Shown here: in pieces, positions 45,311 to 54,235 of the stretch
How positions within the stretch are numbered: the first letter of the stretch is position 1
Layout of the letters: every line of letters starts with the position of its first letter
Translations under genes and position numbers: made by a program
The notes under the pieces: generated by a model
What the model saw: the letters and a program-made list of their open reading frames with translations, nothing else
Database searches by the model: none
Told to the model about the DNA's origin: nothing
NCBI GenBank assembly: GCA_037380845.1
Contig: JARRRI010000015.1
Location: forward strand, 1 to 64,000
Source: Candidatus Sulfobium sp.
Lineage (GTDB): Bacteria > Nitrospirota > Thermodesulfovibrionia > Thermodesulfovibrionales > UBA6898
DNA: 64,000 nucleotides
Direction of reading: 5' to 3'

Positions 45311-46321
45311 ATGAAGAAAGTTATCACACTGATGGCAGTTTTACTTACAGCGCTTTACTTTTCGCCGGCAGGAGCCGCCGACATGCTCAACGGAGCGGGC
45401 GCTACATTCCCCTATCCGGTTTATTCGGCGTGGGCGTATGCTTACAACAAGGACACCGGGGTGAAGCTGAACTACCAGTCAATAGGATCGGGCGGCGGCA
45501 TAAGGCAGATCACTGAGAGGACGGTGGACTTCGGCGCGTCCGATGCACCCCTCACCCCCGCACAGCTGAAGAAGGACAGGCTCTATCAGTTTCCCGCGGT
45601 CATGGGTGGCGTTGTCCCGGTAGTCAATATCCCGGGGGTAAAGGCGGGGAAGATGAAACTTGATTCAGCCGCCGTCTGCAAGATATACCTTGGTGAATTG
45701 AAATACTGGGACACCCCGGAAATCTCGCGATTAAACCCGGGAATGAAGTTGCCGCATCATGAAATAACCGTTGTCCACAGGTCTGACGGCTCGGGAACAA
45801 CCGCCATATTCACCCACTATCTCAGCGGGGCATGCCCTGCCTGGAAAGAGAAAGTGGGCGCCGGAACTTCCGTGAGCTGGCCCACCGGCATCGGAGGCAA
45901 AGGCAACGAAGGTGTGGCGAACTATACGAGAAGGGCGCCGGATTCCATCGGTTATGTAGAGTTTGCATATGCAGTACAAAACAAACTTGCGTATGTCCTT
46001 CTGAAAAACCCGGCAGGCAATTTCGTTGCCCCCAGCTTCGCCACCTTCGAAAACGCAGCCGCCACGGCGAATTTCGATCCCGGACAGAATTTTCATCTCT
46101 GGCTTGTCAACGCACCGGGAAAAGACGCATGGCCCATTGCAGGGGCAACCTTCATCCTCCTTGCGAAAGAGAAAAAGGATTCCAACCTCAGGACGGTAAA
46201 GTTCTTTGACTGGGCATTCAAACAGGGCGATGCGAAGGCAAAGGAACTGATTTATGTCCCCCTCCCGGAATCTTTAAAGGACAAGATCAGGACTTACTGG
46301 AAAACAAACGGCATAATATAA
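45311..46321 (+). CDS. pstS: Phosphate ABC transporter substrate-binding protein
   Basis: GAGATFP, YQSIGSGGG, DFGASD, RSDGSGTT, GGKGNEGV. Confidence 0.96.
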   Translation: MKKVITLMAVLLTALYFSPAGAADMLNGAGATFPYPVYSAWAYAYNKDTGVKLNYQSIGSGGGIRQITERTVDFGASDAPLTPAQLKKDRLYQFPAVMGGVVPVVNIPGVKAGKMKLDSAAVCKIYLGELKYWDTPEISRLNPGMKLPHHEITVVHRSDGSGTTAIFTHYLSGACPAWKEKVGAGTSVSWPTGIGGKGNEGVANYTRRAPDSIGYVEFAYAVQNKLAYVLLKNPAGNFVAPSFATFENAAATANFDPGQNFHLWLVNAPGKDAWPIAGATFILLAKEKKDSNLRTVKFFDWAFKQGDAKAKELIYVPLPESLKDKIRTYWKTNGII

Positions 46322-46410
46322 CCGCACCGGGTAAAAACGAGGGCAGGGACGCCTGACGGGCCATCTGCCCTCCCCACTTCAACAGCCGGAAAGACATGAA
46401 ATTAATGAGG

Positions 46411-46698
46411 CTAGTCGACCGGAACAAATTCCGCGCCGGCTTCCGTGCAGCGGGGCCCCTGCCTCGCCCATCTCACCCTCGCCCTGGGAGAGGAGAAGCC
46501 GGGCAAAGAGTGTTTCGTTATTGTAAGGCTCTGTCCCTCTCTGACTTTCGCAGAGGTCATGAAACCGAATCCATAATCGGAAACATCAAGGGTAATGCCT
46601 TCAAAGACCTTTTCAGCGTCTTCATCCACATAAAACCGAAAGTTGGCGAGAATCCCATAGCGACCCGGCCGCCTGTCACTCTTTCGCGTTGATTTCAT
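46411..46698 (-). CDS. Stand-alone PilZ domain protein
   Basis: RKSDR (RxxxR) and DVSDYG (DxSxxG); GGAGGAG RBS. Confidence 0.85.
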   Translation of the reverse strand: MKSTRKSDRRPGRYGILANFRFYVDEDAEKVFEGITLDVSDYGFGFMTSAKVREGQSLTITKHSLPGFSSPRARVRWARQGPRCTEAGAEFVPVD

Positions 46699-46781
46699 GG
46701 TTCTCCTCCTCCCATGACTTCTCTTCTCCGCCCCGTGACCGCCAAATAGCCGCCGCTTTTTCCCGGCCTGATTATTATACA

Positions 46782-46798
46782 TGCATGCTGCGTGCCTG
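46782..46798 (-). promoter_or_regulatory. sigma54 -24/-12 promoter candidate for PilZ gene
   Basis: CAGGCACG-CAGC-ATGCA with GG-N10-GC. Confidence 0.55.
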
Positions 46799-47104
46799 GT
46801 TAACACCTCTTTTTCGGGTAAAAAAAGGGCGTAATCGCTCCAAAATTGACAAAAAACGGCAAAAAAACGCCCTCTTTTGGCAGATAATAAACATTGCATC
46901 CACGCGGCCCGCAGTAGAATAGCCATGGTTTAATCTTTGAGGGCGACAACGATAGGACCGGCGCAGTTTATGATCCGGAGAACGAGACGACATATAGCGG
47001 GAAGATGTACCATGCCCCGGCGGACAAACTTCACTTGAGGGGTTATGTGCTTTTTCTCTATTCGGACCACTTCCTGGACGCGGCTGAACAGTTAATACCG
47101 CTAT

Positions 47105-48088
47105 TCAGACCTTTCTCAGAAGGAAGGCGTGTGCAGAAAGTCCGGCGCCGAAGGCGACCATGATGCAGAAATTCCCCTTTTCCACCCCGCTTGCCAGAAT
47201 ATTGTCGAACACGAACCAGATTATCTTTTCTCCGCCGGTATGAAGCGCCCAGTGCCTTATATTTTCCACGGTGAGCGATCTCGGTTGAAGAAGGTCTCTT
47301 ACTACCTGTGCAACCGCTTTCTTTACCAGGTGAGGGAGTTTTGTAGAAAGCTGGTTATATAGCTGGCCGTTCCTGTGGACATACCGTATGGCGTCCCGGT
47401 CCTCGGGGACATAGCAACTTGAGGATGCGATGAGCTCAAGACCTTCCGGACGGTCCCAGAGCACCGCAGCCGCAGCCCCGTCGCCAAAGAGAGCATTCGA
47501 GACAAGCAGGCTCAGATCATCCCCCATCTGAAATGTGGCGGTACATATCTCTACAGAAACGCTCACTACTGCTTTGCCCCCCGCTCCCCTTGCAAGCGCC
47601 CCTGCTACTTCCAGGTTGGGGATCGCGCCACCGCAACCGCTGCCCACGAGATCATACACCCTGATATTGCGGGCGAACCCCAGTTTTTCGATAAGGTACG
47701 TCGATATGCCGGGACAGATGTAGCCTGTGCAGGTATTGACCACGAGTCCTGAAATGTCTTCGGTCGACAGCCCCGCCCTGCTCAGGGCCTTCTGTACGGC
47801 CTCGGCCGAGAGATCGACGGCCCAGCGCGCGAAACGCCAGATACGGGCGTCGGGGTCCTCGCTCAGGAAATCCTGCGGGTCTTCGATGGCGAAGTACCTT
47901 TTACGGATGGCGGGGTGCGTCAGCAGGCTGTGCATCAGCGAGCGACTCCTGGAACTCAGCCTGTCCGAATACCGGTCCAGGAGATGCTTCTCCACCTCTG
48001 CCTGGTCGGCGGAAAAAGATGGCGTCGCGACCGCGACGGATGCAATATAAACTTTTCCCGCCGTTTTTTCTTCTTCATCCATGATCAT
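47105..48088 (-). pseudogene. Type III polyketide synthase with in-frame deletion removing the catalytic Asn region
   Basis: GSGCGG (Cys), LFGDGAAA, HTGG (His) joined directly to WFV; no GNMSS motif; 327 aa. Confidence 0.7.
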
Positions 48089-49509
48089 ACCTCCATGCCT
48101 AATAACCTGAGTCCCCGCCTTATGGCACTGGTATGTCTCCAGAGAGGGGATCGCACCCCCATCATATATGCCAGCCGATGAATAGCCGGGAGAAGTCGCA
48201 TACCCAGTGACTCAGAATTCATAAAATTCATGTGTTCGTTCATTGAATTCTTTACCTGCTTCAGCATCCAGCCATAATCAACGGTGGGGGAGATGTAAAA
48301 AACGGGTTCAAGCATCTCGGCGGGTGTGAGCGAGAGAAGCCCCTGTTTTCTCGCTATTAAGTCGAGTTCCGTCCCGGGATAGGTTCGTATGCCCATCCCG
48401 AAAAAAGCCGCGTCCTTCGGACGGATAACAGTTTCGGCAAACCGGAGGGTTTCCCTTACCGTCCCCCTGGTCTCATTCGGCCCCCCCATCATGAATATCC
48501 AGACACAGGGGAGATCGTGGCGCCCGACCACCTGCGCCGCTTTATACACATGTTCGGCTGAGAACCCCTTCCCCAGTCCCTCAAGGACGGCGTCAGAAGC
48601 ACTTTCCACGGTAATGCCGATACCCGAAAAACCCGCTCTTTCCATTGACGAGATAAGGTCGTCATCGATAAAGAGGGGGTTCAATTCGAGGCTCTGCAGA
48701 GACGCCTGTGAGCGGGTCCGTATCAGTTCGTGACAAATAGCGAGCGCATGACTATAGGGAGCGTTGAAAACGTTGTCCACAAGCTCAATATTGCGGAATC
48801 CCTTCGATACCAGTCTGCCTATGTTGGCGGCAACCTCTTCAGGGTCGCCCAGGCGGTAACTGCCTCCCTCAATCTTCCGGTACGTACAGTACACGCACGA
48901 AAACTGACATCCAAGTTTTGTCTGAACGGGCCCTGTCGATAGTCTCCTGAGATATGCCGTGACATCGATGTATCGATGAAAATCGGGTAAATCACAGGAG
49001 CAACGGTCCTGCCGTGATCTAAAGTGATTGGAATAAAACGTCTCCTCCTCCAACCACGCTACCCCCTCAAGCGTCTTCGGACATCCATCAGCCAGTTCCC
49101 CGAGAAACTGAGGAAATACGGTCTCCCCGTCACCCAGCACGGCCCATTCGGCGCCGGTAAAACGGAGCAATTCCTCCGGCATTACGGAGACGGCGGCGCC
49201 GCCCAACACCAGAGGGGCAGAGGTTAAATCCCGTGCGGCGCCGATGAGAGGGGGAAGTTCCCTTATGAAGAATTCCGGGTAACTGCAGTCGTTATTATCG
49301 ATGTTCCTTATTGAAAGCCCGACAACGTCCGGCTTCTCCTTTTCAAGTTCGCGCCTGACCGCAACCACGGGGTCGTCCTCAAACATCACGTCCACAAGCC
49401 GGGCCCTGTGTCCGGCCCTCGCCGCGGCTTCCGCCACCATGCATGCCCCAAGGGGAATAACCGGCATAGGGAATTGATTGCGGTTGGTGCTTATAATGAG
49501 AACGTTCAT
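48085..49509 (-). CDS. B12-binding radical SAM protein
   Basis: PVIPLG, GLSIRNIDN, CQFSCVYC, VDNVFN; ATGA-coupled to the PKS. Confidence 0.9.
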   Translation of the reverse strand: MNVLIISTNRNQFPMPVIPLGACMVAEAAARAGHRARLVDVMFEDDPVVAVRRELEKEKPDVVGLSIRNIDNNDCSYPEFFIRELPPLIGAARDLTSAPLVLGGAAVSVMPEELLRFTGAEWAVLGDGETVFPQFLGELADGCPKTLEGVAWLEEETFYSNHFRSRQDRCSCDLPDFHRYIDVTAYLRRLSTGPVQTKLGCQFSCVYCTYRKIEGGSYRLGDPEEVAANIGRLVSKGFRNIELVDNVFNAPYSHALAICHELIRTRSQASLQSLELNPLFIDDDLISSMERAGFSGIGITVESASDAVLEGLGKGFSAEHVYKAAQVVGRHDLPCVWIFMMGGPNETRGTVRETLRFAETVIRPKDAAFFGMGIRTYPGTELDLIARKQGLLSLTPAEMLEPVFYISPTVDYGWMLKQVKNSMNEHMNFMNSESLGMRLLPAIHRLAYMMGVRSPLWRHTSAIRRGLRLLGMEV

Positions 49510-49672
49510 TTTCTTTCTACATCATATCACAGCCGGTACAGGACTGCTGTCTGTGAGTCAGGAAAGCAATGAAAATGGCCGTCCGGACAATTCTGTCTCT
49601 CTATTGAAGCCGTCTTAACACTTTTCGATGCTCAGGAAGAACAGCGCATTAGAAAATCACTGTTTTAATCGC

Positions 49673-49700
49673 TTGACAATTGGTCCCAACGTGATAGTCT
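49673..49700 (+). promoter_or_regulatory. sigma70 promoter for cupredoxin-cytochrome cluster
   Basis: TTGACA-16nt-TAGTCT with TG extension. Confidence 0.5.
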
Positions 49701-49832
49701 CTAAATATGCCCTTCAGCAGTCGGCGACTTTTTCCTCAAAGGCTTCCTTCGCAGAAGAGTGCTCCGATAGCTGATTGCGGAAAAAAGGAACCACAGCAGG
49801 TGGCTACTTTCCCCTTACAAATTCGGGCCGGG

Positions 49833-50240
49833 ATGAGCAGGTCGGTGCAAGAAAAGTCTTACAGATTAATAGTGCCCTTGCTTGGCTTGATGTTGGTGCT
49901 TACTGCCTGCGCAAGTCAACAGCCGCTGGTAACAATCGGACCGGCCAAAGGCGAGACGAAGATAGAGGTCAAGGCCAGCAATTTCAAGTTCCAGCCCAAC
50001 AACATCAAGGCCTATAAAGGCGGCGTGCTGGTGGTCCGGATCGAAAACATCTCGGATACGGTGCATAACTTTACGATAAACAATCCTGAAGGCCGGGCGC
50101 TGCATAGTGTGCCTCTCCCCCCCAGGAAAACTACAGCGGTCAAGGTTGACCTCTCCGAGCCGGGCACATACGAATTCTATTGCGACAAGCCTTTTCATGC
50201 CGCCTTCGGTATGAAGGGCAGGATTGAGGTCGTTCAATAG
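49833..50240 (+). CDS. Cupredoxin (type-1 Cu) lipoprotein
   Basis: Lipobox LTAC; HNF...YCDKPFHAAFGM (His/Cys/His/Met). Confidence 0.85.
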   Translation: MSRSVQEKSYRLIVPLLGLMLVLTACASQQPLVTIGPAKGETKIEVKASNFKFQPNNIKAYKGGVLVVRIENISDTVHNFTINNPEGRALHSVPLPPRKTTAVKVDLSEPGTYEFYCDKPFHAAFGMKGRIEVVQ

Positions 50241-50337
50241 CTGCAGGCTTATTTTTACAGCAAACTTGTCTTTGATTCGGGGGGATGACCGACTGTCATT
50301 AGATGGATCCTGTCCTCACATTGCCCAAGGGGGGACC

Positions 50338-51918
50338 ATGAAAAAAATGCCGGCTTTTCAGTACCGTATATGGCTCATGGTGTTGCTTACCCTCGCCGCC
50401 TCGCGGGCGCTGGCGCTTGAAAATTCACCGCAAGTCGAGAAAGGCAAAGAGATCTTTGAAAAGAAGTGTTCGATGTGTCATACCATCGGTGGAGGAAAAA
50501 AAGTCGGCCCTGACCTTCAGGGAGTCACGAAGCGGAGGGAGCGGGAGTGGCTTGTGGCCTGGATTTCCGATCCCGGCAAGATGATCAGGAGCGGTGACGA
50601 GACTGCCACAGAACTCATAAAGGGTTACGGGAATCTCCGCATGCCGGCACTCGGCCTTTCTCTTGAGGAGATATCCGCAGTGATCAGCTACCTTGACGCC
50701 AAAGAGGTCCATCGACTCGGCCCTCCCGAGGCGCAGATCATGAAAGAGACCGGAACACCCGAGGTCTATTTTCTCTCCGAGACTTATCTTCAGGCATACC
50801 AGGATGAGCGGGGGAAAAGGTATGTTCCGGTTTATGAGCATGTCTTGATGGACCTCAGGAACAGCAACAGAAAACTCGGCTTCCATGCATCGGGATGGAT
50901 AGATTACGACCTGAAGACACTCAGGACGACGAGGCGGGAGACGGACGAGCTCACTTACGCTTTCTTGAGATATGCGCCTTTTGCCGACAACCGCCTCACT
51001 TTCAATCTCGGCAGGCATCTGGTCTTCGAAGGTGTTGCATCGGAGCAGGTCGACGGACTGTCTTCGCGATGGGAGATCACGGCTAACACAGGTTTTTCGG
51101 TCTTCGGCGGAGTTCCTGTGGAGACCGAGTTCGACGGCAGGACGGGGGACCTGATTTACGGCGGACGGGTATTTCAGAGGGTTACTCGGAAGCTGGAGGC
51201 CGGGGCCTCTTTCCTGAGAGAAACCGACGATAACGGTCAATACCGGGAAGAGGCAGGCATCGACATCTGGCTGCTCCCGATGAAGAAGCTGGAATTTCAG
51301 GGCCATTCTTTCGTGAACCTGGATACGGGCGGCTGGATGGAGCATTCGTATGCCCTCCGGTACTTTCTGTCCGGTGAACTGACGGTAACGGGCCTCTTCC
51401 TCCATAGCAGTTATGATGACGCTTTTTCGGCGAGGACGCTTAATGTGTTTTCTCCGGAGTTTCTGGGGAAAGACGAGGAACTCACAAAGACAGCGGGCCA
51501 CTTCGAATATCGCTGGAGCAGGGACCTGACCGCCGTCGCGGACATTGCGGCATATTCTTACAAGGAGGCCGGCAGCGCCTTGTATTATGGCGGAGGTGCC
51601 ACGGCTACCGTCTACGGGATATCGTCGGGTATCGAACTCCACCGCATGCAGGGAAACTCGGAGAGGCTGAGGTACACCGAGTTTCGCATGTACGCAAAGA
51701 GCGGGCTCCGGAAGATGGCAATCTCGGTCGATGCCATCGACCTCCATTATGACAAGGCCTTTTCGGGTTTGAGCGACGCCTATTCCGTCGACGGTACGAT
51801 TTCTTATCCGGTGACCGGGAAGCTGAAAGCCGGACTTTCTGTCGAGTATAGCAAGAATCCGGATTTCACCGGCGACACCACTGTGCTTTTCAGGCTGGCC
51901 TATAACCTCAGGAGATGA
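50338..51918 (+). CDS. Monoheme cytochrome c fused to predicted outer-membrane beta-barrel
   Basis: Signal peptide; GKEIFEKKCSMCH...GPDL...MP...ISYL; then ~370 aa of alternating aromatic beta-strands ending VLFRLAYNL. Confidence 0.75.
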   Translation: MKKMPAFQYRIWLMVLLTLAASRALALENSPQVEKGKEIFEKKCSMCHTIGGGKKVGPDLQGVTKRREREWLVAWISDPGKMIRSGDETATELIKGYGNLRMPALGLSLEEISAVISYLDAKEVHRLGPPEAQIMKETGTPEVYFLSETYLQAYQDERGKRYVPVYEHVLMDLRNSNRKLGFHASGWIDYDLKTLRTTRRETDELTYAFLRYAPFADNRLTFNLGRHLVFEGVASEQVDGLSSRWEITANTGFSVFGGVPVETEFDGRTGDLIYGGRVFQRVTRKLEAGASFLRETDDNGQYREEAGIDIWLLPMKKLEFQGHSFVNLDTGGWMEHSYALRYFLSGELTVTGLFLHSSYDDAFSARTLNVFSPEFLGKDEELTKTAGHFEYRWSRDLTAVADIAAYSYKEAGSALYYGGGATATVYGISSGIELHRMQGNSERLRYTEFRMYAKSGLRKMAISVDAIDLHYDKAFSGLSDAYSVDGTISYPVTGKLKAGLSVEYSKNPDFTGDTTVLFRLAYNLRR

Positions 51919-52391
51919 TGATGAACAGACTGCTTATTGTCTCAATGCTGGTATCCTGTCTGGTGCTTCCAGGACTCTCGTTTCCACGGAGTCTTGACGC
52001 CGCCGAAGTAAAAATTCCGGAGACTCATCCGATCGAGCTGACCGCAAGACCGCGCTGCACCGAGTGCCACACAGATGAAACGGGCGTGGCTCTTAAACCC
52101 ATCAAGGTTTTCAGTCACAGCAGCGACTGGATCACTGTGCACCGGTTCTACGCCTCCCAGACCTTTCACCTGTGCAACGCCTGCCATAAAGAAGCCTTCT
52201 GTACGGACTGCCATGCATACAAGAACGAGTTAAAGCCCAGTAGCAGATATTCGGGCTCACCGGAGCGATGGCTCCCTCACAGGGGTGACTACCTTTTCCA
52301 GCACAGGATCGACGGCAGAATCGACCCAACGAGTTGTTTCCGCTGCCATGGCAGACAGAACAACGCACTGTGCAGGAGATGCCACCGATGA
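51915..52391 (+). CDS. Pentaheme c-type cytochrome
   Basis: CTECH, CNACH, CTDCH, CFRCH, CRRCH; signal peptide; ATGA overlap. Confidence 0.9.
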   Translation: MMMNRLLIVSMLVSCLVLPGLSFPRSLDAAEVKIPETHPIELTARPRCTECHTDETGVALKPIKVFSHSSDWITVHRFYASQTFHLCNACHKEAFCTDCHAYKNELKPSSRYSGSPERWLPHRGDYLFQHRIDGRIDPTSCFRCHGRQNNALCRRCHR

Positions 52392-53092
52392 GGCTGGAAT
52401 TCGCTCTTCTCATTCTTTTGATGCTCACCGGCTGCGGCAGCGGATCGGACGCCGGAAGGGTCTTTGTCTCCTCCTCCGGACACCCCGCCGACTGGGTCAA
52501 TCCCCTGTTCATCGGGCGAGATGACTTCCACGGCACCAGGATCAGGAATCTGAGAGATGGTCCGGAGGACGGTGTCCTGTTTGTGCGCCACTGTTCCGCC
52601 TGTCACGGTGCAAATGCAGAAGGCAAGATCGGCCCCAGCATCCGTGGTGACACCATAGACCTGATCAATACCGCTATCGGGTCCTTCCCGATCATGAGAG
52701 GCCATGCCGTCCTCAGTCAGGAGGAACGGCAGTCCATAGCAGATTATCTTTCGTCGCCCGGAGCAAATCTTCCGGCAGTGGAGTTTGTGTTCGACACATC
52801 ACTCTGCATGGAGTGTCACGGGACAGATCTCGATGGTGGCATCGCCGAGGTCAGCTGTTTTGCGTGTCATAACGGCCCGGACGGAAGCGTCGGGCACCCG
52901 GCCGGCTGGTTGTCGCGGATTGACGACCCTGCTCATTTTCATGGGAGGTATGGAAAGCGCTTTGTCGTCTCCTGTACAAACTGCCATGGTTTTGATCTGA
53001 GAGGGAGAATAGGTCCACCCTGTTCGAGTTGTCATGACGGCACGACCGCACCGGTTCTGGAACCGTTTTCATTAAACGATGCTGCAACCTGA
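52388..53092 (+). CDS. Pentaheme cytochrome c lipoprotein
   Basis: Lipobox LTGC; CSACH, CMECH, CFACH, CTNCH, CSSCH; HPADW/HPAGW repeats; ATGA overlap. Confidence 0.9.
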   Translation: MRLEFALLILLMLTGCGSGSDAGRVFVSSSGHPADWVNPLFIGRDDFHGTRIRNLRDGPEDGVLFVRHCSACHGANAEGKIGPSIRGDTIDLINTAIGSFPIMRGHAVLSQEERQSIADYLSSPGANLPAVEFVFDTSLCMECHGTDLDGGIAEVSCFACHNGPDGSVGHPAGWLSRIDDPAHFHGRYGKRFVVSCTNCHGFDLRGRIGPPCSSCHDGTTAPVLEPFSLNDAAT

Positions 53093-53183
53093 GTGCAGAC
53101 AGAAAGGAGAAAAGCGTGAAGTAGAATTTCGGCCAGGGGAATGAAAAAAAGAAGCATTAACCTAAAACATTGAGGGGGTTACC

Positions 53184-53984
53184 ATGAAAAGATTAATAGT
53201 TGTATTTCTATCAACATTTTTGTGCATGGTCGGTGGTCCGGCTTTGTCTTCAGCGGCCCAGACCTTTGATGTATCAATGGGGAATTATTTCTTCTCGCCG
53301 TCAGACCTCACGATAAACGTGGGGGACACAGTGCGATGGACTAATCCCACCGGCACTCTCCATACCACGACGAGCGGGCAAGGCTGCAGCAGCAGCACCA
53401 GCGGCGCGGTCTGGGACTCCGGAACCATGTCTAACGGCGACAGTTTTTCCGTCACCTTCGACCAGCCCGGAACGAATCCTTACCACTGCACGTTCCATTG
53501 CGGCCTCGGAATGACGGGAACGATTACCGTGATCGCGGCTTCAACGACCATTCCTCTTCCCCAAACCGCGCAGACCTTCACTTATTCCGCGGTGGCTTTG
53601 CCTTCCCTCAGCACATCGCCGGCCGAGGCACAGCCTATCGGTATCGGTGATGTTGCAACGGGCGGCGCCAATCTGGCCATAAGCGTCGCCCTCGACCAGT
53701 TTGAGGGACCTGTCGATATCTATTTCCTGCTCTATAACCAGTCAATCGATCCGGTCAACATCTACCAGTTAACGTCTTCCGGCCAGTTGCAGACGCTTGC
53801 GGCGGGGCTTGCGCCCTGGATACCGTCTTCTCCGGGCCCGATCAATCAAACCCTGTTTGGCACCATACCCCTTTCAAGCCTTCCCCCGGGAACATATCTA
53901 TTGGGAGTCGCGGTAATGCCGGCCGGCGACCAGAGCCTCGCCAAATTCTATCTCTGGGTTACGGACTTCACGGTGGTCCAGTAA
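53184..53984 (+). CDS. Plastocyanin/amicyanin-like protein with extra C-terminal domain
   Basis: FSPSDLTINVGDTVRW, HTTT, YHCTFHCGLGMTG; signal peptide. Confidence 0.85.
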   Translation: MKRLIVVFLSTFLCMVGGPALSSAAQTFDVSMGNYFFSPSDLTINVGDTVRWTNPTGTLHTTTSGQGCSSSTSGAVWDSGTMSNGDSFSVTFDQPGTNPYHCTFHCGLGMTGTITVIAASTTIPLPQTAQTFTYSAVALPSLSTSPAEAQPIGIGDVATGGANLAISVALDQFEGPVDIYFLLYNQSIDPVNIYQLTSSGQLQTLAAGLAPWIPSSPGPINQTLFGTIPLSSLPPGTYLLGVAVMPAGDQSLAKFYLWVTDFTVVQ

Positions 53985-54235
53985 TGATGACTCGTGAAGC
54001 GTTCAATAGTTCCGGTGAGGGACCTCGAAGCGTTATGAACGAAAGCGAATTGGCCCGCGCTGAGTTTCGGGCGAGGGATTCCTCACCGCCGTTGTGAAAT
54101 TTCCCATTGAGTGGGTGGCCGGGGACTCCTCACCAGGCAGGATTTCCGTGCCATCCCTCTCTTTCCTTCTCACTACCCGGATATCCTCTCTTTCTCAATT
54201 ACCCGCCGGCCCTGAGAATTTTCGTTCAACCTCAC

